64,000 bases of DNA, taken from contig JAGAZE010000036.1 of NCBI GenBank assembly GCA_017940185.1, forward strand, positions 11,308-75,307, given 5' to 3'. The notes below the pieces were generated by a model. The model was not told the origin of the DNA. It ran no database searches and worked only from the letters and a program-made list of their open reading frames with translations. The DNA is from Bacteroidaceae bacterium (GTDB lineage: Bacteria; Bacteroidota; Bacteroidia; Bacteroidales; Bacteroidaceae). The position numbers were made by a program, and so were the translations under genes. This document shows, in pieces, positions 39,097 to 47,723 of this stretch; position 1 is the first letter of the stretch; every line of letters starts with the position of its first letter.

Positions 39097-40098
39097 ATGG
39101 CGAAATCTATTCTCATAACGGGAGCAAGCGGATTCATAGGCTCTTTTCTTGTAGAAGAGAGTCTGCGTCTTGGTATGCAAGTATATGCCGCAGTGCGACA
39201 GTCGTCGTCGAGGCAATACTTGAACGATGAGCGCATACACTGCATCGAGACCGACTTCTCTTCTGCGGAGCAACTCACACAAGCACTGCAAGGTCGGCAT
39301 TTCGACTATGTCGTGCACGCCGCCGGAGTCACCAAGTGCCAAGACCATGCCGACTTCTATCGTGTCAACACCGAGGGTACACAATACCTGTGTCAGGCCC
39401 TCACCGCCACACAATCCGCCTTGCGCCACTTCGTGTTCCTCTCCTCCCTCAGTGTCATGGGAGCCATACGGGAAGCAGTGCCACACCAGGAAATCACCAT
39501 TGACGACACACCACTGCCCAACACGCACTACGGCAAAAGCAAGTTGCAAGCCGAAGAGAGGGTGAGAGAGTGCATGAACGACATTCCCTACACCATCCTG
39601 CGACCCACTGGGGTCTACGGACCCAGAGAGAAAGACTATCTGCTGATGGCGCAGAGCATAAATCGTCACGTTGACTTCAGCGTGGGCTACCGACAGCAAG
39701 ACATCACCTTCATCTATGTCAGCGATGTCGTACAAGCTGTTTTCTGTGCTTTGCAGGGCAACACCAGTGGTCAGACCTATCTGCTCACAGACGGACATAC
39801 CTACACCAGCCAAGACTTCAGTAAGCTGCTGCAGCAAGCCATGGGCGTTCGACGCGTGCTGCGACTGCGTGCACCGCTGTGGCTGCTGCGAGCCGTCTGT
39901 GCCGTGAGCCAAACCATGGCGCGATGGAGAGGAAAAGCCACCACACTCAACAACGACAAATACCACATACTGAGGCAGCGCAACTGGATGGCCGACATTG
40001 AGCCGGCAAGACAACAATTGGGCTACAACCCTCAATACAACCTTCAGAGAGGTGTCGAAGCAACAGTTGAATGGTACAGAAAGGAGGGATGGCTATGA
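39097..40098 (+). CDS. NAD-dependent epimerase/dehydratase (extended SDR)
   Basis: ITGASGFIG, VHAAG, YGKSK, LRPTGVYGP. Confidence 0.9.
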   Translation: MAKSILITGASGFIGSFLVEESLRLGMQVYAAVRQSSSRQYLNDERIHCIETDFSSAEQLTQALQGRHFDYVVHAAGVTKCQDHADFYRVNTEGTQYLCQALTATQSALRHFVFLSSLSVMGAIREAVPHQEITIDDTPLPNTHYGKSKLQAEERVRECMNDIPYTILRPTGVYGPREKDYLLMAQSINRHVDFSVGYRQQDITFIYVSDVVQAVFCALQGNTSGQTYLLTDGHTYTSQDFSKLLQQAMGVRRVLRLRAPLWLLRAVCAVSQTMARWRGKATTLNNDKYHILRQRNWMADIEPARQQLGYNPQYNLQRGVEATVEWYRKEGWL

Positions 40099-41081
40099 GC
40101 AGGCGAAAACCATGGGCAACGCTCACATCACTCTTCCAGAGAGACAAGCACACCACACGCACTCTCTACACATGGGAATGGGTGGTGCTTATCTATCTCG
40201 CCGCAACCACCATATATATATTGCTGTTCTGGACACGCCTCAACCACCCCGCCGACATGCTGCTCATGCGAGCACGTGTGCTCGCAGTCATGCTCGCGCT
40301 GTGGGGACTCAGCCGATTATGGCCTGCGCCAATCACTGTGTTGCTGCGCGCCACAGCACAACTCATGATGCTCTCATGGTGGTATCCCGACACATACGAC
40401 CTCAACATCGTGTGGCCAAACCTCGACCACGTCTTCGCAGCAGCCGAGCAGAACATCTTCGGCTGCCAGCCCGCAGCACTGCTCAGCACATGGGCACCGC
40501 AACCAATAGTCAGCGAAATCATGTATCTCGCCTATGCCGCCTATTTCCCAATGATAGCGCTCACCGCAGCCTACTACTTCTTCTGCCGACAGAAAGACTT
40601 CCCACGAGCAATGACTGTCCTGCTCGCCGCATTCATGACCTATTACGTCATCTTTGTCCTCCTGCCAGTCACAGGACCGCAATACTACTACCTCGCAGTC
40701 GGAGAAGACAACATACTCAATGCACAATTTCCAAACCTTCACTACTATTTCACCACACATGCTGACCGCATGACGGCACCAGGATGGACAGACGGACTCT
40801 TCTATGACATAGTCGAGACAGCACACCAAGTAGGCGAACGACCCACGGCAGCGTTTCCCTCAAGTCACGTCGGAATATCAACCATCCTGCTGTTCCTCGC
40901 ATACAGAGCACACAGCAAACCTCTCTTCTACACTCTCCTGCCATTCACACTCCTCATGCTCGTAGCTACAGTGTATATCAAAGCACACTATGCCATCGAC
41001 GTCATAGCAGGACTCATCTCTGCAGCACTGATCTACACAGCAATCAACTACACAATAAACATAACCAAAAAACACAGATAA
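40095..41081 (+). CDS. PAP2/Aur1-like (IPC-synthase-type) membrane phosphatase/phosphotransferase
   Basis: Multi-TM; PVTGPQYY, AFPSSH, HYAID; ATGA overlap with the upstream stop. Confidence 0.85.
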   Translation: MSRRKPWATLTSLFQRDKHTTRTLYTWEWVVLIYLAATTIYILLFWTRLNHPADMLLMRARVLAVMLALWGLSRLWPAPITVLLRATAQLMMLSWWYPDTYDLNIVWPNLDHVFAAAEQNIFGCQPAALLSTWAPQPIVSEIMYLAYAAYFPMIALTAAYYFFCRQKDFPRAMTVLLAAFMTYYVIFVLLPVTGPQYYYLAVGEDNILNAQFPNLHYYFTTHADRMTAPGWTDGLFYDIVETAHQVGERPTAAFPSSHVGISTILLFLAYRAHSKPLFYTLLPFTLLMLVATVYIKAHYAIDVIAGLISAALIYTAINYTINITKKHR

Positions 41082-41086
41082 ACATC

Positions 41087-41689
41087 ATGACAGACATCAA
41101 ACACTACAACAGCGTCTTCAACCAAGCCATCGACGACTACCACAAATACGACAACGTCGACCAGCCCATCAACAACCCCTACGACGCACAATCCTTCGAC
41201 AACCTGCTCTACCACAAGTGCTGGGTCGACACCGTACAGTGGCATCTCGAAGACATCATACGCGACCCGGAAATCGACCCCGCAGAGGCACTCGTAATAA
41301 AGAGAAGAATAGACAAGTCCAACCAAGTGCGAACCGACATGGTAGAAGACATCGACACTGCATACCGCAACCTCTACAGCAATGTCACACCACTGCCCAC
41401 AGCAACCATCAACACCGAAAGCCCCGCATGGGCGGTAGACAGACTATCCATCCTCGCACTCAAAATCTACCACATGCGCGAACAGGCCGAGCGCAAAGAC
41501 GCCACTGCAGATCACATCGCAAAGTGCCAAGCCAAACTCAACATACTGCAACAGCAACAGGAAGACCTCACACTCGCCATACAACAACTGCTCAACGACA
41601 TACAGAACGGAGCCAAATACATGAAAGTCTATCGACAGATGAAAATGTACAACGACCCCGACACCAACCCCGTGCTCTACAAAAAATAA
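41087..41689 (+). CDS. DUF4254 family protein
   Basis: DTVQWHLEDIIRD, KRRIDKSNQ.RTD, ESPAWAVDRLSIL.LK, YRQMKMYND. Confidence 0.85.
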   Translation: MTDIKHYNSVFNQAIDDYHKYDNVDQPINNPYDAQSFDNLLYHKCWVDTVQWHLEDIIRDPEIDPAEALVIKRRIDKSNQVRTDMVEDIDTAYRNLYSNVTPLPTATINTESPAWAVDRLSILALKIYHMREQAERKDATADHIAKCQAKLNILQQQQEDLTLAIQQLLNDIQNGAKYMKVYRQMKMYNDPDTNPVLYKK

Positions 41690-41711
41690 GACCACACCTC
41701 TGCCTCCCCCT

Positions 41712-41741
41712 GTTCCGTATGTTGCTGTACCACAGTGACAA
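41712..41741 (+). repeat. Dispersed intercistronic hairpin element, copy 3
   Basis: gtatgttgctgt-acc-acagtgaca; substitutions give G-U pairs in the sense RNA. Confidence 0.75.
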
Positions 41742-41759
41742 CCCCCGAACTCTCCTTAC

Positions 41760-42764
41760 ATGACCTATCCTCCCCACATACTCATCATCCGACTCTCAGC
41801 CCTCGGCGACGTAGCTATGACAGTGCCAGTAGTCAGACAACTCGCAGCACAATACCCACAGCTCAAAATCACCATTCTCAGCCGACCATTCGCCAGAGCA
41901 CTCTATGCTGGTATGCCCGCCAACGTGCATTTCATGGAGGCCGACCTCAAGGGAAAGCACAAAGGTGTAAAAGGTCTCAACGAGTTGTTCCGCCGACTGC
42001 ATGCCAAGCACTTCACAGCAGTCGCCGACCTGCACGACGTACTCAGAACAAAATATCTCCGACTGCGATTCCACATCAACAGATACCCCATCGCACACAT
42101 TGACAAACACCGACAACAGCGACGACAACTGGTCAGACAACACAACAAACAACTCCACCAGCTCCCCACACAGTTCCAAAACTATGCCGACGTGTTCGCA
42201 AAACTCGGATACCCCATTACCCTCCACACTCACGCTACACAAACCGGCAACAACAGCGTCGACATCGGCATAGCACCATTCGCAGCACACAAAGGAAAAA
42301 TATATCCAACACACCTGATGCAGCAAGTGGTAGAACAGCTCAACAACAACACAAGCATACAACACATCTACTTCTTCTGCGGCAAGGGAGAAGAAACCAA
42401 CATCGTCAACCGATGGTGTAGCCAATATCCAAAATGCACCAACGCATCACAACAGCTACACAGTCTCGAAAAGGAAATAGAACTCATGGCACAACTACGG
42501 CTGCTCATCACCATGGACAGCGGCAACGCACACCTCGCAGCAATGGCAGGAACTGAAGTAGTGTCTATATGGGGAGCAACACACCCATACGCAGGATTTA
42601 AAGCCTACACACAAAAAGAAGAAAACATACTGCAAACCTCACTCCCATGCCGACCATGCTCCATCTATGGCAACAAACCATGCCTGAGAAAAGATTACGC
42701 ATGCCTCAACAACATCACACCACAACAAATAGTAGATAAAGTAATGAAAATTGTTGGAGAGTAG
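41760..42764 (+). CDS. Glycosyltransferase family 9 (heptosyltransferase-like, LPS core)
   Basis: IRLSALGDV, DLHDVLRT, IAPFAAH, MDSGNAHLA, WGATHP, CRPCS. Confidence 0.9.
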   Translation: MTYPPHILIIRLSALGDVAMTVPVVRQLAAQYPQLKITILSRPFARALYAGMPANVHFMEADLKGKHKGVKGLNELFRRLHAKHFTAVADLHDVLRTKYLRLRFHINRYPIAHIDKHRQQRRQLVRQHNKQLHQLPTQFQNYADVFAKLGYPITLHTHATQTGNNSVDIGIAPFAAHKGKIYPTHLMQQVVEQLNNNTSIQHIYFFCGKGEETNIVNRWCSQYPKCTNASQQLHSLEKEIELMAQLRLLITMDSGNAHLAAMAGTEVVSIWGATHPYAGFKAYTQKEENILQTSLPCRPCSIYGNKPCLRKDYACLNNITPQQIVDKVMKIVGE

Positions 42765-42830
42765 ACAAACATTGTTAGTCTTATTCCCAACCAACTGAAC
42801 CATAATAACCAACAAAAAACCGACACACAC

Positions 42831-42992
42831 ATGAAAAAGTACATTTGCGACGTCTGCGGCTACGTCTACGACCCCGCTGTGGGCGACCCCGACAGCGGAA
42901 TCAACCCTGGAACAGCATTCGAAGACATACCCGAAGATTGGGTATGCCCCGTTTGCGGAGTAGGAAAAGGCGACTTCAGCCCGGAAGAATAA
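42831..42992 (+). CDS. rub: Rubredoxin (53 aa; absent from the ORF track)
   Basis: Manual translation: [53 protein letters not shown]. Confidence 0.97.
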   Translation: MKKYICDVCGYVYDPAVGDPDSGINPGTAFEDIPEDWVCPVCGVGKGDFSPEE

Positions 42993-43017
42993 CACAACGC
43001 ACGAACACCAACACTAC

Positions 43018-43054
43018 ACAAGCAGGCACCGATTATTGTCGGTGGCCTGCTTGT
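43018..43054. terminator. Hairpin terminator between convergent rubredoxin and ispG
   Basis: acaagcaggc-accga / tcggt-g-gcctgcttgt. Confidence 0.75.
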
Positions 43055-43110
43055 TGTATTCTCATAGCTCTAACGGTCAACTCTCACGAAGGAGTTTGTG
43101 CCCTGCTGTG

Positions 43111-44502
43111 CTATCGCTGTGTGTGTGTACTGCTGTCGTTGTCTCTCTCTATCAGCTCCAGCAGTTTGTCTACGGCCTCTTCTTCGGGAATGTTTTTCAT
43201 CACACACTCCTTGCCGCGATAGAGAGAAATCTTGCCGCGGCCCGCCCCCACGTAGCCGTAGTCGGCATCGGCCATCTCGCCGGGACCATTCACAATGCAT
43301 CCCATCACGGCAATCTTCATCCCCACAAGATGACTTGTGGCAGCCTTCACGCGATGGAGTGTGGAGGGCAAGTCGTAGAGCGTTCGGCCGCAACCAGGAC
43401 AGGCGATATACTCGGTCTTCGTAAATTTGATGCGTGCTGCCTGCAGTATGCCGTCGGCCAAACTCTCAAGGCGCGGGGTGTCGAAGTGTGGAGAGTGGAG
43501 CACGAGGGTATGCGCCTTGCGGTCCAACAACGACGGACCCGCCGCCAGGCAGGCGCGCAGGCTGTAGCGCTGCCAGTCGGGTTCGTCGCTGCTGAACTCT
43601 AGGGTGTCGTTCCTCAGCATGGTTGCGCCCGTTGGTTGCGCCTGTTGCGCCCCTCTCTCCTCTGTCACTACTTCCACTAAGCTCCGTGCCACAGGCAGCT
43701 CGCATACGGGAGATTCCGACAGCGACACGCGGATGGTGTCGCCAATGCCCTCTTGCAGCAAGGTGCCGATGCCTATGGCACTCTTCAGACGGCCGTCTTC
43801 GCCTTCTCCGGCTTCGGTGACGCCGAGATGCAGCGGATAGGTCATCTCCTCTCGCGCCATGGCCCGCACCAGCTGACGCACACACGTGACCATCATCACG
43901 GTGTTCGAAGCCTTGATGGATACTACCACATCGGCAAACTGCTCTTGCCGGCACAGGCGCAGATACTCCATGCAGCTTTCCACTACCCCTTCTGGTGTGT
44001 CGCCGTAGCGCGACATGATTCGGTCTGACAGCGAGCCGTGGTTCACGCCGATGCGAATGGCGGTGTGGTGCCGGCGGCACAGGTGTAGGAAGGGGATGAA
44101 GCGTTGTGCTATGCGCTGCAGTTCGGCGTGGTATTCGGCATCGGTGTAGTCCAGTTGCTCAAAGCGTCGTGCCCTGTCGACATAGTTGCCGGGGTTGATG
44201 CGCACCTTGTCGGCATAGCGTGCTGCCACATCTGCCACGGCGGCGTTGAAGTGCACGTCGGCGACGATGGGTGTGTAGTATCCGCGCTGCACGAGCGCTG
44301 CCTTGATGTGCCTGATGTTTTCGGCTTCGCGAATGCCCTGCGTGGTGAAGCGCACAAGTTCGGCTCCGGCGTCGATAAGGTCTATGGCTTGCTGTACAGC
44401 TCCTTGGGTGTCGAGTGTGGACACGGTGGCCATGCTCTGTATGCGTATGGGAGCGTCGCCTCCGATAGTGAGGTTGCCGACGTGAACGGTGTGTGTGTGC
44501 AT
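43111..44502 (-). CDS. ispG: (E)-4-hydroxy-3-methylbut-2-enyl diphosphate synthase
   Basis: IRIQSM, ADVHF, RINPGN, RIGVNHGSL, LHLGVTEAG, GDTIRVSL, ACPGCGR, AVMGCIVNGPGE. Confidence 0.95.
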   Translation of the reverse strand: MHTHTVHVGNLTIGGDAPIRIQSMATVSTLDTQGAVQQAIDLIDAGAELVRFTTQGIREAENIRHIKAALVQRGYYTPIVADVHFNAAVADVAARYADKVRINPGNYVDRARRFEQLDYTDAEYHAELQRIAQRFIPFLHLCRRHHTAIRIGVNHGSLSDRIMSRYGDTPEGVVESCMEYLRLCRQEQFADVVVSIKASNTVMMVTCVRQLVRAMAREEMTYPLHLGVTEAGEGEDGRLKSAIGIGTLLQEGIGDTIRVSLSESPVCELPVARSLVEVVTEERGAQQAQPTGATMLRNDTLEFSSDEPDWQRYSLRACLAAGPSLLDRKAHTLVLHSPHFDTPRLESLADGILQAARIKFTKTEYIACPGCGRTLYDLPSTLHRVKAATSHLVGMKIAVMGCIVNGPGEMADADYGYVGAGRGKISLYRGKECVMKNIPEEEAVDKLLELIERDNDSSTHTQR

Positions 44503-44515
44503 GGGCGTCGTTTGG

Positions 44516-46039
44516 TTAAGATTTTCTGAGTCTTGCCACGGGTATGTGCAGTTGTGTGCGGTATTTGGCTATGGTGCGTCGTGCTATGGGGTATCCTTTT
44601 TCGGCCATCGTTTTCTGTAGTTCCTCGTCGCTGAGCGGTGTGTTTTTGTCTTCGGCGTTGATGATGGCTTGCAGCACGTCTTTTATCTCGTGCTTGGACA
44701 GTTGCTGTCCTGTCTCTGTGGTATAGCTGTCGGAGAAGAGGTGTCGGAGCGGGAAGATGCCCCATTGTGTCTGCACATACTTGTTGGCGCATGCGCGGGA
44801 GATGGTGGAGCTGTGCAGTTGTGTCTTCTCGGCGATATCTTTGAGTATCATGGGGCGTATGAGGCTTTCGTCGCCTTCTATGAAGAACTGTCGCTGCCAT
44901 TCTGCTATAGTTTGCATGGTGAGCAGCAGTGTGTGGTGGCGTTGTTGTACGGCTTTGATGAATGACTTGGCGCGCTCCACCTTCTCTTTGCTATAGAGCA
45001 GTGCCTCCTTTTGTGTGCGGTTGATGCCGGCGCGGTTGTTCTGATACGCCTTGACCATGTTGCTGAGTGTGGCGGAGATATAGAGTTGCGGGATGTTGCC
45101 ACGGTTGAGTTGCACGTGGAGTGTTCCCTGTTGCTCGTCGATGCTGACGATGAAATCGGGTGTTACATGTTGTGCGCTGTTGTTGCTGCTTTCCGAGAGT
45201 GCTGCACCTGGTTTGGGATTGAGTCGTCGCAATGCTTGCTGCAGCGCGGCGGTCTGCTCTTCGTTCAGGTGCAAGGCGTGTTGTATGCGCTGCCAGCGGT
45301 TGTGTATGAAGTCGTTGAAGCGTTGCTTCAACACATGTTGCATGAGTTGCTGCATGGGTGTCGGACTCATGCGCTTCACTTGTATGAGCAGGCATTCCTG
45401 CAGGTTGCGTGCGCCGATGCCGGCGGGGTCGAATGTCTGGAGCATGCTGAGCACGTGGGCTATCACGTCGTCGGGCACGTCGATATTGTGGTAGATGGCC
45501 ATCTCGTCGGCTATCTGTGTGAGTGGCTTGCGGAGCAGTCCGTCGTTGTCGAGCGACCCTATGAGGTATTCCATGACGTTTTGCTCTATGTTGCTGAGGC
45601 GCAGTTCTCCCATCTGTGTGCGCAGCACATCGTAGAAGGTCGCTTCGCTGCGGGGCTCGTAGAAGGTTGTCTCTCCGGCACTTCCCTCACCGAACTTTCT
45701 CTCATCGTCCATCATGTCATCGGCGTTGAGCGACTGCAGGGCATTGTCGAGTGCTTCCTGTCGATCTTCACGCTCCAAGTCACCCGCAGCGTCGTCGTTC
45801 TCCCCGCCTTCCTCAAACTCTCCTTCCTCATACTTTTCCTCTTCGAAGGCACCCTCATCGAAGTCGTCGTTGCCGCTCTCTGTCTCCAGCGCAGGGTTGT
45901 CGTCAAGCTCGGCCTGAACTGCCTGCTCGAGCTGTGCTACGGGCATGGTGAGCAGGTGTATCTGCAGCAACTGCTGGGCGGAGAGCTGTTGGCGCTGCAC
46001 TTGCTGCTGTTCGGTGGTTTGGATAAGACGCTGGGACAT
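44516..46039 (-). CDS. rpoN: RNA polymerase sigma-54 factor
   Basis: Gln-rich region I, DPAGIGARNLQECL, STISR, RpoN box ARRTIAKYR. Confidence 0.96.
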   Translation of the reverse strand: MSQRLIQTTEQQQVQRQQLSAQQLLQIHLLTMPVAQLEQAVQAELDDNPALETESGNDDFDEGAFEEEKYEEGEFEEGGENDDAAGDLEREDRQEALDNALQSLNADDMMDDERKFGEGSAGETTFYEPRSEATFYDVLRTQMGELRLSNIEQNVMEYLIGSLDNDGLLRKPLTQIADEMAIYHNIDVPDDVIAHVLSMLQTFDPAGIGARNLQECLLIQVKRMSPTPMQQLMQHVLKQRFNDFIHNRWQRIQHALHLNEEQTAALQQALRRLNPKPGAALSESSNNSAQHVTPDFIVSIDEQQGTLHVQLNRGNIPQLYISATLSNMVKAYQNNRAGINRTQKEALLYSKEKVERAKSFIKAVQQRHHTLLLTMQTIAEWQRQFFIEGDESLIRPMILKDIAEKTQLHSSTISRACANKYVQTQWGIFPLRHLFSDSYTTETGQQLSKHEIKDVLQAIINAEDKNTPLSDEELQKTMAEKGYPIARRTIAKYRTQLHIPVARLRKS

Positions 46040-46072
46040 GGGGGAGTATTTTTTCAGTTATGAGTTGTGGAG

Positions 46073-46774
46073 TTATTCAAAATAGTCGTTCATCTGTGCT
46101 GCGTCGCCCTCCAGCGTGCCTGTAGGCATATGCTGATAGTGTGTCCACAGGTGCTGGCAGGCACCGACGATGCTCTGCGCAGCAGCGTTTCTCAAGCTGT
46201 CGTTACCGCCCTTCTCTCCCTTCTCCTCTTTTCTTTCTCCTTTTTGCATCATATACGGGTCGCATTGCTGAAAGGTGTGCAGCACGTCAACCACTTCGTC
46301 CACGGTCACCTTCATGCGTTTGGCGAGCTGTTGCACCTCAGGCGTGTGGCTCACCATGGTGAGCGGGGTGAGGCGGAAGTAAAGGTCCAGTACGAGCACG
46401 AGCATCAACTCGTTCCATGCTTCAGCGCCGGCAATGGGGCATAGCAGCCTTTCAAAGTCCTGCTCCAGCCTGTCCACACCATCGTAGAAGTTGTCGGCAA
46501 GGCCGAAACCACGCATGCTTCGCCATTTGGCAACGGCCTTCGACAGCTGACGCGGATGATTGCTATAGCGTTGCCACAGCTGCTGAATGCGTGGATTGTC
46601 AAGCAGACGCAAGCGCTGCAGCTGCTTGTGGAGTAATGCGGGAGGAAGGTGCAGTTCCAAACTAAGGTCAATAAGCCGACGGTTGTACAAGCGCTTCACA
46701 CCAACAGGCTTGCACAAATACAGCTCCAGCAACGGAAGCCAGTAGTCGTCAGACCATTTTGCAGAACCAGACAT
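46073..46774 (-). CDS. Hypothetical protein with two tandem W..L.LY helical modules
   Basis: 233-aa ORF in operon orientation; modules WSDDYWLPLLELYL and WNELMLVLVLDLYF. Confidence 0.7.
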   Translation of the reverse strand: MSGSAKWSDDYWLPLLELYLCKPVGVKRLYNRRLIDLSLELHLPPALLHKQLQRLRLLDNPRIQQLWQRYSNHPRQLSKAVAKWRSMRGFGLADNFYDGVDRLEQDFERLLCPIAGAEAWNELMLVLVLDLYFRLTPLTMVSHTPEVQQLAKRMKVTVDEVVDVLHTFQQCDPYMMQKGERKEEKGEKGGNDSLRNAAAQSIVGACQHLWTHYQHMPTGTLEGDAAQMNDYFE

Positions 46775-46853
46775 GATACAATGCTTTTATATTAAGTGTA
46801 GTAGTTTACAGTTTGACACTTTTAATTCCTTGACTCACTCCAATCAGCAGAAA

Positions 46854-47567
46854 CTATCGGCTTGACTCTTTCAACTCTCTCAGCTCCTTAAGTTCTCTGA
46901 CATTGGGATGTCGGATTGGTTCCATCACCTCGTATTGCCATGTGCAGTGGTGCGGTATGTAGATGGCATAGGCCCCTATTTGCACTGCCGGGGCTATGTC
47001 GCTCTTCATAGAGTTACCCACCATCAGGAGTTGCTGCGGTTTGATGCGGCAACGTGCACAGAGCTTTCGGTAGGCCTGTGCGTCTTTGTCCGACACCGTC
47101 ACCATCTCCTCGAAGTAGGGTAGCAGTCCTGAGCGTTCTGCCTTCTGCTCCTGTTCCAGACTGTCGCCCTTGGTGAAGAGCAGCAGACGATAGGTGGTGT
47201 GCTGCTTGAGCCATGCCAGTGTGTCTTCCACGCCCGGCAGCGGTGTGGCAGGCAGGCGCAGCAGCGTGCGTCCTTTGTCGATGATGCGTTGCAGCAGGGC
47301 GTTGTCCAAGCGGCCCTTGCTCACACGCAGCGCATTTTCCACTAAGGAGATAATCACGGCCTTTGAGCCGTAGCCCAACTCCGCCATGTTGCTGCGCTCC
47401 ACCTCGTAGAGCGATGCTGAGATGCTCTCTGCACTGCCATAGGCTTGCAGCGCGTGGCAGTACCAGCGTTCCACTTCGTTGAAGTATATCTGGCAGTCCC
47501 ACAGTGTGTCGTCGGCATCAAAGGCTATCACCTCTGTGCTGGGGGGGAAAAGCGGCTTGAGGTTCAT
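46854..47567 (-). CDS. HAD-superfamily hydrolase
   Basis: FDADDTLW, TKGD, MVGNSMKSDI; start MNLKPLF, downstream of the TATCTTTG at 47577-47584. Confidence 0.9.
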   Translation of the reverse strand: MNLKPLFPPSTEVIAFDADDTLWDCQIYFNEVERWYCHALQAYGSAESISASLYEVERSNMAELGYGSKAVIISLVENALRVSKGRLDNALLQRIIDKGRTLLRLPATPLPGVEDTLAWLKQHTTYRLLLFTKGDSLEQEQKAERSGLLPYFEEMVTVSDKDAQAYRKLCARCRIKPQQLLMVGNSMKSDIAPAVQIGAYAIYIPHHCTWQYEVMEPIRHPNVRELKELRELKESSR

Positions 47568-47647
47568 AATCGGATGCAAAGATAAGGCGTTTTTCTGCAA
47601 TGCGGCAACTTGCCGACGTTTTCGAGTACTTTCAGCCATGTGCTGCT

Positions 47648-47692
47648 AAAAAAATGTGACGGAACGCTCCTGTTTCCGTCACACTTCTTTTT
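47648..47692 (-). terminator. Terminator after the large T9SS gene
   Basis: tgtgacggaa / ttccgtcaca stem with A and T tracts. Confidence 0.75.
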
Positions 47693-47723
47693 ATTCACAA
47701 CTGTTGGTCGTGTGTTTGCCTGC

